64,000 nt of DNA from NCBI GenBank assembly GCA_965209155.1, contig OZ242383.1:4103403-4167402 (forward strand), written 5' to 3'. This document shows, one piece after another, positions 1-11,400 of this stretch. The translations under genes and the position numbers were made by a program. The notes beneath the pieces were generated by a model. It ran no database searches, was not told where the DNA came from, and saw only the letters and a list, made by a program, of their open reading frames with translations. Origin of the DNA: a bacterium (GTDB lineage Bacteria > SAR324 > NAC60-12). Positions within the stretch are counted from its first letter, which is position 1. The number at the start of each line of letters is the position of its first letter.

Positions 1-2
1 AA

Positions 3-164
3 GAAGTTTTGAAACTCGCAGAAGAAAAAGGAGCAATCCCCGGTAAAGCGGAAGGTTATATCTTGCAGGGAGACAAAGGACAGTATAAAGACGATGACCC
101 GGTTGATCTGGAGGAAGACAGCCAATTCATCACGATTCCCGACAAACCCACCCCGGTAGCGTAG
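3..164 (+). CDS. 3' end of a probable ubiquitin-like (beta-grasp) protein, cut by the window edge
   Basis: Open frame 3 reads EVLKLAEEKG...DDDPVDLEEDSQFITIPDKPTPVA* (TAG 162-164), 11 bp upstream of the E2-like gene. The call rests on operon context and the tail. Confidence 0.6.
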   Translation, partial: EVLKLAEEKGAIPGKAEGYILQGDKGQYKDDDPVDLEEDSQFITIPDKPTPVA

Positions 165-175
165 CTTTTTCTGAG

Positions 176-550
176 ATGTCCAACAGTATAGAACAGATTA
201 AAACCGAGTTGGAATCCTTGGGACATGAGACCTCCCTGTTTGATAGCCCACAAGGAAAAGCGGTTTCTTTCGACTATACCGTCGAGACGGGTCCCTACAA
301 AGGCAAGCAAGTCAGGCTGGGTATCAGCTTTCAAGGAAGCGAACCTTATCCTGAATATCCTCCCCACTGGGTTCATGTATCTCCGCCAATTGACGATGGC
401 AGAGGAGGAGTGGTTGAAAAATACGACGTAAACGGGTGCGAATGGCTCGCAATGAGCAGGCCCCCCGGGGAAATATGGGACCAGCTACCGACAAAGCACA
501 TGGCCGCCTACCTGAATGAACATTTACGACGAATCTGGATAAATGCATGA
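176..550 (+). CDS. Prokaryotic E2/UBC-like protein
   Basis: YPEYPPHW motif (E2 YPxxPP) and WLAMSR motif; overlaps the JAB-E1 gene by ATGA. Confidence 0.7.
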   Translation: MSNSIEQIKTELESLGHETSLFDSPQGKAVSFDYTVETGPYKGKQVRLGISFQGSEPYPEYPPHWVHVSPPIDDGRGGVVEKYDVNGCEWLAMSRPPGEIWDQLPTKHMAAYLNEHLRRIWINA

Positions 551-2028
551 GGTTCGAGACCGTTCTCACCGCCGAGGCGGATTCTACCTCCAGCAAGCAC
601 TTGTTGCAACATTACCGGTGCAATAATCTTCAGGAAGATCTTTGCTTCGCTCTGTGGCGTCCTTCTACGGGACGATTGCGTCTCACCGCGTTGATTGACG
701 AAATCATTCTTCCCCTGAAAGGTGAACGTATCCTGCATGGCAATGCCAGCTTCCAACCCCACTACCTCGCGCGGGCGATGAAAATAGCGCGTAAAAAAAA
801 AGTGGGACTGGGTTTTATGCATAGCCACCCGAATCCCGGATGGCAGGGGATGAGTGACGCTGATATCGAAGCAGAGCGGGACGTTCTGGCTTACCCGGCG
901 GGGGCGACGGGCTTGCCTTTGGTGGGATTGACAATTGGTACCGATGGTTACTGGAGCGCGCGCTTCTGGGAAAGAGACCCCTGTCCGTCAGGCAGACAGG
1001 CTGGACGAATGCGCCGTCATTGGTGCGAGAAAGTTCGAGTCATCGGACCGCAATCCTACAAGATTTACTTCAACGACAACATCGCGCCCTCCCCGCGACG
1101 GAGGGATATTCTCAGGCGTACTTTCGACACATGGGGACGTGAATCGCAAAACACGATTGCACGTTTGAAAGTTGGTATTGTGGGACTTGGCAGCGTCGGT
1201 TGCATCGTCGCGGAAGCCGTCGCTCGAATCGGAATCACGCAAGTTACGCTGATCGATCCCGATAAAGTCGAAGAGCACAACCTCGACCGTCTGCTTTATG
1301 GTACTGTAAAAGATGTCGGTAAATTAAAGGTGGATATAGCCGCTCGAGCGATGCGGCGCAATGCCACCGCAGAAAGAATCCAAATTACTACTCTTCCAGT
1401 TTCAATTCACAACGAATCGGCTTATAAAGCGGCCCTGGATTGCGACGTACTCTTCAGTTGCGTCGACCGGCCGCTTCCCCGAGACGTTTTGAATTACATC
1501 GCGCTGGCTCATTTGATTCCGGTCATTGATGGAGGAATCGCCGTAGAAAGCGACAGACGGCAAGACCGTTTGTTTTCGGCGCACTGGCGTGCGCACATCG
1601 TCACTCCGTATCATCAATGCCTGCGTTGCAACGGGCAATACAATTCCAGCATGGTGGTAATGGAATTGGACGGGTCGCTTGACGACCCGTCTTATATCAG
1701 CAATTTGCCTCCTGAAGAGCGGATAGGTAACCAGAATGTTTTTCCATTCAGTTTGGGCGTTGCCGGGATGAAAGTGAATTTGATGCTTCGGTACCTGCTC
1801 GCCTGCGATTGGTGGCCATTGGTGAGACAACAGGACTACCAATTCGTAACTGCTAAAACACGTATCATCAATGGCGAATGTCACCCCAACTGCTCAATCC
1901 ATCAACGTAGTGCGCAGGGAGATGCGGGAAACCCACAATACTTAATCCATGAACCCAAGGAATCGCCAAAATTGAGATGGCGTGCAATTTGGCAGCACTT
2001 CATCAAGATTTTCTATAAGGAATCGTAG
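547..2028 (+). CDS. JAB/MPN metallopeptidase fused to ThiF/E1-like adenylyltransferase
   Basis: N-terminal E...HSHP...MSDAD (JAMM motif); C-terminal GLGSVG, NLDR, CVD and CLRC motifs of ThiF/E1. Confidence 0.85.
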   Translation: MRFETVLTAEADSTSSKHLLQHYRCNNLQEDLCFALWRPSTGRLRLTALIDEIILPLKGERILHGNASFQPHYLARAMKIARKKKVGLGFMHSHPNPGWQGMSDADIEAERDVLAYPAGATGLPLVGLTIGTDGYWSARFWERDPCPSGRQAGRMRRHWCEKVRVIGPQSYKIYFNDNIAPSPRRRDILRRTFDTWGRESQNTIARLKVGIVGLGSVGCIVAEAVARIGITQVTLIDPDKVEEHNLDRLLYGTVKDVGKLKVDIAARAMRRNATAERIQITTLPVSIHNESAYKAALDCDVLFSCVDRPLPRDVLNYIALAHLIPVIDGGIAVESDRRQDRLFSAHWRAHIVTPYHQCLRCNGQYNSSMVVMELDGSLDDPSYISNLPPEERIGNQNVFPFSLGVAGMKVNLMLRYLLACDWWPLVRQQDYQFVTAKTRIINGECHPNCSIHQRSAQGDAGNPQYLIHEPKESPKLRWRAIWQHFIKIFYKES

Positions 2029-3061
2029 ACATCTTGATTTCTGTACCGTACAATTTAGCTTTATCTAGAAGGGCTTTGAGGCAATAATTTACACTATTGC
2101 GAAATTGTACACGAGGACCAAGTGTAATTATGTTTCCTGAACCAAATATATTGTGAACTTTGAGATCCTCAACTTCGTAATAATGCCTTATGTGCGAAGG
2201 AGCATTGTATTGTCCCCCAGACTCAAAGCAAATCTTTTTTCTAACAGAATCAGATTCAGGAATTACAAAGCGATATTCGTTTTCATATTCATACGCTTTA
2301 TCCTTAAACAAATATCGGATCCCTTTCAAGTGATCCGCAACAATCCCTGCCAATATATCCTGAGCATCTATAAATGGTTTTCCGCGAATGCTTTCAAACG
2401 GCTTTAGATAATTATATAGAGTATCCCAGACTGATTTAAGAAGCTGATCAGTACACTTCACCTCATCAGTACCGTAAAGGACTTTCCACAATAGACCACT
2501 TGGTACCGTTAGCTTTAAAGAGCAACCTTCACCCTCTTTTCCGTAGGTTCGCCAATACACGAGATCATCACTCTCATCCCTTTCTGTCTTTTTTGTATCG
2601 GGGCGAATGAATGAGGCGATATATGCGTGATGCGCGTTACTTGTCCTCAATAATTCTTGTCCGTTTACCAGCTTTAGATTCCGATAAAAATATTTTCCTT
2701 CATCCGGATCGTTGAAATGCGCAGAGTCATATAGTCGTAACGAAGCAGTCCGCCGTGCCATCGGAGCATCCTGACCTTTCATCGGAGCGTTTTCAAGCAT
2801 TGAAAGGAGTGTAGCGATACTCGTATAGTGAATGACATGAATTTTTTTCCCACCTTCAGATTCCTCGAGCCTATGACGATTTTCGATTTCACGACATAAG
2901 TCTTTCACTACGTCTTTCAGCATAGGACCCACAATATCGGACACATACCACTTACCGAGTTCAGGATTGCTTTCATAGTATTCATAATTATTCTCAATGT
3001 GTTCTATACCTGCTGTTACTAACACTTTCAATTTCTCCATTTTCTCATCTGTCTTATTCAT
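2003..3061 (-). CDS. DUF2971-like protein
   Basis: HYTS, FNDPDEG, YWRTYG and K..AYEYENEYR motifs. Confidence 0.7.
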   Translation of the reverse strand: MNKTDEKMEKLKVLVTAGIEHIENNYEYYESNPELGKWYVSDIVGPMLKDVVKDLCREIENRHRLEESEGGKKIHVIHYTSIATLLSMLENAPMKGQDAPMARRTASLRLYDSAHFNDPDEGKYFYRNLKLVNGQELLRTSNAHHAYIASFIRPDTKKTERDESDDLVYWRTYGKEGEGCSLKLTVPSGLLWKVLYGTDEVKCTDQLLKSVWDTLYNYLKPFESIRGKPFIDAQDILAGIVADHLKGIRYLFKDKAYEYENEYRFVIPESDSVRKKICFESGGQYNAPSHIRHYYEVEDLKVHNIFGSGNIITLGPRVQFRNSVNYCLKALLDKAKLYGTEIKMSTIPYRKS

Positions 3062-3212
3062 CTGGTCACTCCTTATGGGCAGACGAAATTGGTGTCTTGG
3101 TATAAAACCAATCCACCAGTGTAAATAAAATTGTGAGTCAATGCCGTCCTATAAGTATACGAAACTACAAGGAATTTTCACATATAAAACCTTCCAGGTT
3201 ATTCGTAGAAAT

Positions 3213-4251
3213 TCAATCCTGCTGTCGCGTCAGCATGGCTGCGAAGTCTGTTGGCAGTTTGACCCCATTTTTCTGCTCGAAGTCCGCTACGCTTTCATAG
3301 TCGTTATGAAATGCGGCGATGATGTCCACCCCTCTATCTCTGGCAGAGATCAGGTCGGACCTGGCTTTTTCCCATTCTTTCAGATGCAACCAGGCCTCAC
3401 CCCGATTGGCGTATGCCTCGGGATAATCTGGTTTCAGTTCTGTGACCTTTTCATAGTCCGCAATGGCAAGGTTAAACTCGCCTTTACGATAGTATGAAAT
3501 ACCACGATTAAAATAAGCCACGGTATCATTTGGTTTCAGTTCTATAGCCTTGGTGTAGTGGCATATAGCGTTATCGTGAAGTCCTTTGTCTTGACAGGTT
3601 AACCCTTTATAAAACTCCGTGTAGGCACTCTGGTGGATGTCTTGATGTTTGATGAATCCCTGGAGGTCGTTGTAGATGGTTTGAGTAGACAGGCCGTGGT
3701 ACTTTCGCAGGTGCTCCAAGATTGGTTGTTTGAGGTGTTTGGGGATAGTGATTACGTCGTCTGGCTCAAGAAAGCCCTGCGGTGGTCGCACGAAGAGGCT
3801 CTTTTGGGCGATGACGCGATTTCTGGGATTCCGAGGCCTGTTTATATGTTTTTCTATCGATTTTCTTTTTTGTAAGATAATTCTGCCGTTTTTGTCGTGA
3901 GAGCCATCGCAGGCAAAAAAAAGGGCTACAAGGTAATCGGTCGTAAAATCGATCAGGTTGGTTTTTCCGCCAAAGTGTTGCAGTTCGGTCAGGATTTCAA
4001 ATTCGTCGGTTTCATGAGTATACTTTTTTGCCTTGTTGAGAATTTCTTGTTGGACCTTCTCAATATCAAAGTGCTCAGTCTCGATAAAAATTATATTGAC
4101 GGTAAAGGCTTGAGGAGACTTTCTCGAAGCATTCAGGTTCACCACGGTAAATGTAGTCGCCACCGGCTGATTTTTCCGCTATCTCGCGGATTATGTCCAA
4201 AACCTCGCTGAGTTTGTCGTTTTGAGGATGGGACGTGTCTGGTGCGTTCAT
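3213..4251 (-). pseudogene. FRG-domain + TPR protein, frameshifted near 4086-4090
   Basis: ATG at 4251 gives ...YIYRGE...SSSLYR in one frame. LQHFGGKTNLIDFT...ALFFAC and the TPRs lie in the 4163-3213 frame. Deleting one base of a 5-nt homopolymer fuses them. Confidence 0.75.
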
Positions 4252-4340
4252 GATTTAATTTCCATCAATGTGATTTCTTCGCGGTCTGTTCTGTGAGTTG
4301 TCGTGGATTAATAATAACAGAAACCAAACGACTTGGGTTA

Positions 4341-5782
4341 TCATTCGTCAACGTTTGGGACCTCTGACATGGCTTTTTTGTATTCGGCAATCCATTCTTC
4401 CGCTTCTTTTTTGTTGTAGGAGCTGGTAATGGCACCGCTGTTTTCTGGTAGGCCAATACCGAACGGTTGGCTTACATATGGACTCAGCCTCTGTCGCAAC
4501 AAACCTGCTTTTTCCTCAGATAATCCTTTTTCAAGGGCATCCGCGGCTTTTTGGTATAATCCTCCGGACAATACACTCGACAGATCACCCTTTTTATCGA
4601 TTGATCTTTCGATACGCTCTACGAAAGGGGTAGAAGAGGACCATTCTTGGATTCCGGCTCCTTTCAGGTTTGCCTTTTTTAGAAAGGTCCCAATTAGAGA
4701 TGCATGAGAAAGTTTTGCTCCTTGCAATTGTGCCCCTGAAAGATATGCTCCCTCTAGATGCACGTTTGCAAGATTAGCTCCTTGCAGAAGAGCTTCGTGG
4801 AGATACGCTGCTTGCAAATGTGATCCCATAAGATTCGCTCCTGATAGTCGCGCTTGGGAAAGATTCGACCCTTGCAAGTACGCTGAGATGAGAACAGCGC
4901 CTTGTAGATTTGCCTGTTCGAGAAAAGCTTCTTCCAAGTGTACCTTTACAAGATTGGCTTCTTGCAATTGCGCCAATTTAAGCTCAGCTTTACTCAAGCT
5001 CGCTTGAGATAGAATTGCCGCCCGCAAACGCGCTCCCCTGAGATTGGCCCCGTTCAGCCAGCTATTCTGCAAGTTGATATGGAGACCTTTGAAAACGTCA
5101 TGTTTTTGCACGAAAAGCAGGGTCAGCAGGCTTTGTACTTCTTCGGAGGGTTTCGACTGGTGGGTTTTGCGATATTCGTCCTCGCCCGTCGTGCGGCGAA
5201 TATGGGCGCATAAAATGTCCAAGACGGTTTGACTCAAATCCGGGGTGTTCTGTGCCAGATGAAAGCGCTCGTCGGCGCCGCCCGAACTGTACATCCTTTG
5301 GTGAGCTTCATTCTTGGTGTCTTGCGCCAGATGAAAGAGTTCATAGGCACCGCCCAAGCGTACGGAGTCCGAGTCGTTTCCCAGGTGTTCGATGGCATTT
5401 TTAAGGCGTTCCTGTCGCAGACCCTTTTCTGTGTTCTGGTTCGCTTTTGCCTGCTCCACCGTGGCTTTTGCCTGCGCTTTCGCAGTGTCTTCCATTGCTC
5501 TGGCACGCTTGTATGAAATCCAGGCTTGCAGGGTCAATAGAATGCCGCCCATACTGATTCCGAGAAATATGAGGATTTCGTTTTTTCTCCGGGCAAGCCC
5601 AAAAGCTGGCCAACGCACTCTTCAATTTTTTTGGAAACACTATTAGTGGATACCCCTGAAAACGGGCGAATACAATCTTCAACGACATCAGAAAACATGA
5701 CGGCCACGAAAACCACTGCCAACAGGACAAGGGCACTGATTAGCAGATATGAAGGCGTCCTGTTATCGGATTTTTCTGCCAT
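4341..5782 (-). pseudogene. Membrane-anchored pentapeptide-repeat protein, frameshifted at 5581-5586
   Basis: A(N/Y)LxxA pentapeptide repeats and a VRLGGAYEL motif. The upstream hydrophobic ORF 5782-5534 joins in frame if the 6-nt homopolymer were 7 nt. Confidence 0.75.
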
Positions 5783-5865
5783 CTTTTAATCCCATAAGGT
5801 GGTGCACATCGTACCCTTCAAATTATTCCTGGATTATCTACGGTTGGATTCACAGTAACGGGAAA

Positions 5866-6381
5866 TTACTCATTGAGGTGGCAGATACCATTGATTTTTA
5901 TAATAAAAGGCTGGACATTTGAATACTGCTGGCGACGCTTCCCTTCGAATTCAACTCGCAGTTTTTTTGATTTCAGAATTTTGAAATCCAATTTGAGTAT
6001 ATCTTCACACGTATTTAAAAGTTTTAAATAGAGCACGGATACCAGTCGAGCGAACTTCTTGAATCTTTCCGGCTCTTTTCCAAAGGATCGATAGAGATTC
6101 GGAATTGGAGATTCGGTTATTTGGGGGATACTTCCATATGGCGATGAGGCCTGACGAGAAATGAAATTCTCTAGCAGTTGATTGTATACATTGACTGTAG
6201 AAGGATTGGTAGTTTCCAGAGATTCATTGAGAAGAATCCTTTTTGCACGCATTTCAGCAATCTCATCTGGTGAAAATCCGGAGAACCCTATCTCACTGGA
6301 TAAACCGGGGTTTTGCCTTCCTTGATCTTCCTTCAGAACGACTTCCCAAACGGTTTGGGAGCCAGATCTGGTTTGCATCAC
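5866..6381 (-). CDS. Hypothetical protein, probably a C-terminal fragment
   Basis: 171-aa ORF, AT-rich, no convincing start signal and no motif recognised. Confidence 0.4.
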   Translation of the reverse strand: MMQTRSGSQTVWEVVLKEDQGRQNPGLSSEIGFSGFSPDEIAEMRAKRILLNESLETTNPSTVNVYNQLLENFISRQASSPYGSIPQITESPIPNLYRSFGKEPERFKKFARLVSVLYLKLLNTCEDILKLDFKILKSKKLRVEFEGKRRQQYSNVQPFIIKINGICHLNE

Positions 6382-6709
6382 TTCCTGCGGACTGACCCAG
6401 GCGACCTGCTTCTCTTGGAAAGATCTTCCCCGCCAACCCGGCAGTCCAGATCCATAAAAACGAAACGTCGACGTTCCTTCACATTTTAATGAATAGCGAA
6501 TTTACCATCAAGCCTGTATTTCGAGTTACGCGTTGACAACCATACATAAGACAAAGTGTACTATTTCCGTCAAACCACTCCACAATCAGCTTAAGCTTGA
6601 TTAGCCCATGTTGTTAGAGCATAATTTGCTGCTAATGATTCCAAATGTGAGAACCACCTCACAAACTCTAAATATTTTACGGTACGGAATCGTACCAAAG
6701 GGATTTGGA

Positions 6710-7567
6710 ATGGAAATAACGACGGATATATATCTTGGCGACAGCAAAGAGCAATTAAAACTGCTCAAAGATAATTCAGTTGACCTGATAGTCACCTCCC
6801 CGCCCTATGCCGATCAACGTAGAGGTACATATGGTGGTATTCATGCTGATGATTACGTAGAATGGTTTTTACCCATATCCGAGCAACTACTACGCGTTTT
6901 AAAGTCTTCAGGAACTTTTATACTGAATATCAAAGAAAAAGCGATGAAAGGAGAACGTTGTACTTACGTGATCGAGCTGATTCTGGAAATGCGAAAGCAA
7001 GGATGGCATTGGACGGAAGAATTCATATGGCATAAAAAAAATTGTTACCCTGGCAAGTGGCCTAATCGTTTTCGTGATGCATGGGAAAGACTGCTTCAAT
7101 TCAATAAAAATCGCAAATTTCACATGTACCAGGAGGAAGTTATGGTTCCGGTAGGTGATTGGGCAACCACACGACTGAGAAACCTTTCCGAAACCGATAA
7201 AACCCGTGATAATTCAAAAGTTGGAAGTGGATTTGGTAAAAATGTTTCAAACTGGCTTAACCGGGATAAAACTTATCCAACGAACGTTCTGCACCTGGCC
7301 ACTGAATGCAATAACAAAAATCACAGTGCCGCCTTTCCTGAAGCTTTACCGGAGTGGTTTATTAAATTATTTACGAAAGAAAAAGATTTGGTTCTTGATC
7401 CGTTTATGGGGTCTGGAACTACGTTGTTTGTGGCAAACCGAATGAAACGAAATTCCATCGGTATCGACGTGGTTCCCGAATACTGTGAGATGGTTAGAAA
7501 AAGATTAAGCCCCGTCGAATTATATCTATTGGAACCAACAGCAGAATATGAAAAAGCTCAACCTTGA
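6710..7567 (+). CDS. N4/N6 DNA methyltransferase, beta class
   Basis: TSPPY catalytic motif precedes the DPFMGSGTT SAM-binding motif. Likely start MEITTD at 6710; the ORF is open from 6608. Confidence 0.92.
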   Translation: MEITTDIYLGDSKEQLKLLKDNSVDLIVTSPPYADQRRGTYGGIHADDYVEWFLPISEQLLRVLKSSGTFILNIKEKAMKGERCTYVIELILEMRKQGWHWTEEFIWHKKNCYPGKWPNRFRDAWERLLQFNKNRKFHMYQEEVMVPVGDWATTRLRNLSETDKTRDNSKVGSGFGKNVSNWLNRDKTYPTNVLHLATECNNKNHSAAFPEALPEWFIKLFTKEKDLVLDPFMGSGTTLFVANRMKRNSIGIDVVPEYCEMVRKRLSPVELYLLEPTAEYEKAQP

Positions 7568-8288
7568 AGATGTGTTGAAATACGTTGAGGAAAATATTGG
7601 TTTTTTTCATACAAAACGAATTCAAAACCTTGACAATTTAAAGCTGTCAAAAGTTCTCAAACGAAAGAATCCCTATCTTTTCAAAGCGAAATACGTGTTG
7701 ACTGCCGAACAGATTGTAAGAGGATTGACTGATGCACATATCTCTTCGAATGAAGAAACTATTTTTGGTGATTGGCTGGAAGGGCTGGCAATTTTCATTA
7801 ACAGAAAGGTTTACAATGGATACAAGTCAGGTATCAGAGGAATTGATCTTGAATTTGACAGCAACAATACCAGATTTATCGTTACCATTAAATCAGGGCC
7901 AAATTGGGGTAATAGCTCGCAACAGGCCAAAATGGTCTCGGATTTTAGAACTGCAAAAAAAGTCCTGAGAACCAGTAATTCAAACTTGAATGTAATTGCT
8001 ATAAACGGTTGTTGCTATGGAAGGGACAACAAACCGGATAAAGGAGATTATTTCAAATATTGTGGTCAACGGTTCTGGGAATTTATCTCTGGAGATAGTG
8101 AACTGTTTATGGGAATCATTCAGTCACTTGGACACAAAGCCAAGGAAAAAAATGACGTTTTTATAGAAGCATACTCTAATATGCTCAATAAATTTACTAG
8201 AGAATTCGCAGACACGTTTTGTGAAGATAATGGAAAGATTGATTGGGATAAATTAGTCCGCTACAACTCAGCAAAGAATGATTCTTGA
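7548..8288 (+). CDS. Type II restriction endonuclease, PmeII-like
   Basis: Overlaps the methyltransferase; KNPYLFK, GIDLEF...IKSGPNWGN PD-(D/E)xK-type core. Confidence 0.8.
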   Translation: MKKLNLEDVLKYVEENIGFFHTKRIQNLDNLKLSKVLKRKNPYLFKAKYVLTAEQIVRGLTDAHISSNEETIFGDWLEGLAIFINRKVYNGYKSGIRGIDLEFDSNNTRFIVTIKSGPNWGNSSQQAKMVSDFRTAKKVLRTSNSNLNVIAINGCCYGRDNKPDKGDYFKYCGQRFWEFISGDSELFMGIIQSLGHKAKEKNDVFIEAYSNMLNKFTREFADTFCEDNGKIDWDKLVRYNSAKNDS

Positions 8289-8441
8289 CACTTTTACCTT
8301 CCTCCAACGACTTCATTTCTTATTTGTATAGTCCAAGTATTCCTTACAGAGAAACAATGTGAAAACCTTGATGATTCCAGGGTGGTCATTTTATAAACTG
8401 CCGTTAGTTAAATCAGTGACCATAATTTTCCTGGATTCCCG

Positions 8442-11400
8442 TCAATTTTTTCTTTGGCGCAATTCCTGAAAAAGGGCTTGGGCGGGATGCAGGGGTTTGA
8501 AATCATCGAAGCGTTTCACCTGCGTACGACAGGAATAACCCGTTACCAGTGAAAATCGTCTGCTTTCTTCATCTGCCGGGATATATTTTCCCCAACTCAT
8601 CCGGTAAATCCCTTTCGATTCGGCATAATGCTCCACCTCGTGGCCAAAGGTTCCACACATGCCGCAACAACCGAGGGGGGGGATTTCCAATTGCAAACCG
8701 AAGGCATGATAAATGCGCTGCCATTGTTTCTGAGAATCGAATTCTGCCGTTGTTTCGTGACAATGTCCGAAAAGGCGGTAAGTGGACGCTCCGCCAGCAG
8801 GATGGGACTTTCGAGGTCGTGGAAAAAGCTCACGAAAACGGGGTATTTGAGACGTCAACCACTCCTGCAGCAACTGCACCCGGTAGATGGTCTTTTCCTG
8901 ATCGAGGATTTTGGGATATTCATCGCGGTAGGTGAGCACCATACTCGGTTCGATTCCGATAATCGCAATTCCCAGTCGCGTCAGTTTTTCAAGATAGGCG
9001 GAGTTTTTTTTGGCCAACTTGAGAAATTGCGGAAGAAAGCCCTTGAAGTGCAGGGGTTTGCCATTGGCCCGGAAAGGCAGCACGTAGACCACGAAGCCGA
9101 GCATGCGCAACAAATCGTAAATATCCAGAACCAGGGACGGTTCGTAATACGTGGTGAAGACGTCCTGCATTAAAATCACGGAGCGTTCCTTCTCCCCGGC
9201 AGTCAAGCGGGCTAGCTTCGCATAATCGAAAGGAGGCGCATGCCGCTGTCGCAGCCCTTTATTCAATGGAGTCGGGTCGATTCGCGGGACGTCACACAGA
9301 CCGATAACCTTCTCCAGAACCATCCGTACCGGGTACCATCGCATGAGTTCGTTGTTCCAGCGCGCCGCGTGCGCTTGCAGGGGGGTCAACCATTCAATTC
9401 CTGCCACCATATGATCCCGCAATGGTCTGAGATAGCGGGAATGATACAATTCCAGGAACCGGGAGCGAAACTGTGGAACGTCGACATGAATCGGGCATTG
9501 CACCGCGCAGGCTTTGCATGCCAGGCAACCGGCCATCGCTTCATAGACTTCTTGGGAAAAGTCATACTCACCGCGTCTGAGAGCGAGGGTATTGCGAAGT
9601 CTGCGGAAAAAATGCGTCACCTCGTCGATTTTTTTAATGGAATCCTTGCTTTCCACTACCCCGTGCACACGGTCTCCGGAATTTTTTCGCACATGAGACA
9701 ACAGGCGCAACCACTCCCGCATCATCCCCGCTCTTCCTTTGGGAGAATGAATGCGGTCCCTGGTGACTTTCGAAGAGGGGCACATGACATGGTGAGGGTC
9801 ATAATTGAAACAAATGCCGTTTCCGTTGCAGTGGAGGGCGGCATCATATTCCGAACGGAGGGACTGCGGAATCTGGCGGTCGAAATGCCCCCTGAGGGGG
9901 GATTCCAAGGGAAGCACCCGCTCCGGGAGGGAATAAGGGGTGACGATTTTTCCCGGATTCAGTCGATTGCCGGGGTCGAAAGCCTCCTTGATCCTCCTTA
10001 GATCCTGGTAGAGTTCTTTTCCAAAAAAGAGTGGCGAGTATTCACTGCGGAAACCCTGTCCATGTTCGGCCCACATGATACCTCCGTATTTGCGGACCAG
10101 TTTGACCACCTGGTCCGACAAACTGCGGACCAGCGCTTCGTCCTCCAGTTCTTTCAGGTCCAATGCGGGCCGCACATGGAGACAGCCCACGTCCACATGG
10201 CCGTACATTCCGTATTCCAACCCGTGTTTGTCCAGTAATGCCGTGAATTCGGCAATATAGGCAGCCAGATTTTCCGGTGGGACTGCCGTATCTTCCACAA
10301 AAGGAAGGGGTCTGCGATTGCCTTGCGTGTTTCCCAAAAGACCTGCTCCTTTTTTCCTCAGATCCCAAAGATGCTTCATTTCCTCCGCATCTCGAGTGGC
10401 GTAATAACCGGTGGCCTTCCCGGAAGATTTCCACCTCCCCTGGAGGGAGGGGGAAATTGTCTGGCACAAGTCGTTCACGCGTCGTTCGAGTTCTCCGACA
10501 TCATTTCCGCTGAATTCCACCAGGTTGATCGAGCGGGTCACCGCCCATTCTTCATCTGCAATGAAATTTCGTACATGGTGATAAATCGCGTCGCCTTTGG
10601 CCAATTCCAGAATTTTTTCATCAATGGTTTCAATGGCTGCCGGCTCGTAGTCGAGTAACGAACGAGCTGCCCGGAGGGCGTCGTGGAAGGACTCGTATTT
10701 GATGACCAGCAAGTGTTTGTATTTTGGAATCGGCATGAGTTTGAGCCTGGCTTCGCTGAGAGTGACCAGGGTTCCTTCCGAACCGGCCAGCAAATTGTTT
10801 AAATTGAAGCGCTTACCATTTCCCGAATAAACCCCCGCCAGGTTGTAACCGGTCAGAAAACGGCTCATTTTCGGGAATTGTTTCTCGATCTGTTCCGCTT
10901 TTTCGGTGACAATGCTATCCACGACTCGATGGACTCGCCCCACGATGTTGTCCTGCTTCTTCAGCTCAGAGAGTCGCTCCAAACCAATCTCCCGCGTTTG
11001 CCAGAGGGTACCGTCCTCAAAGACGAATGAGAGTTCCAGAATATGGTTGCTGGTCCTGCCATAAATGCGGGATCCTTTGCCGCAGGCATCGGTGCTGATC
11101 ATTCCTCCAAGGGTCGCCCGGTTGCTGGGGGAGAGATTCGGCGCAAAAAAGACGCCGAATTGCTCGAGGTGATCATTCAACTGGTCCAGGACAACTCCCG
11201 GCTGTACGCGTACCCATCTCTCTTGCAAATCGACTTCGAGGATACGATTCATGTGCTTGGAACAATCGATGATAATTCCCGGGGAAAGCGCTTGCCCGTT
11301 GGTGCCGGTGCCCCCTCCCCGGGCCGTGAAATGGAGCCCATGAAAACGCGCTTCCTGCGCCAGGTTGAATAATTGTGAGATATCTTCAGCGGAACGGGGA

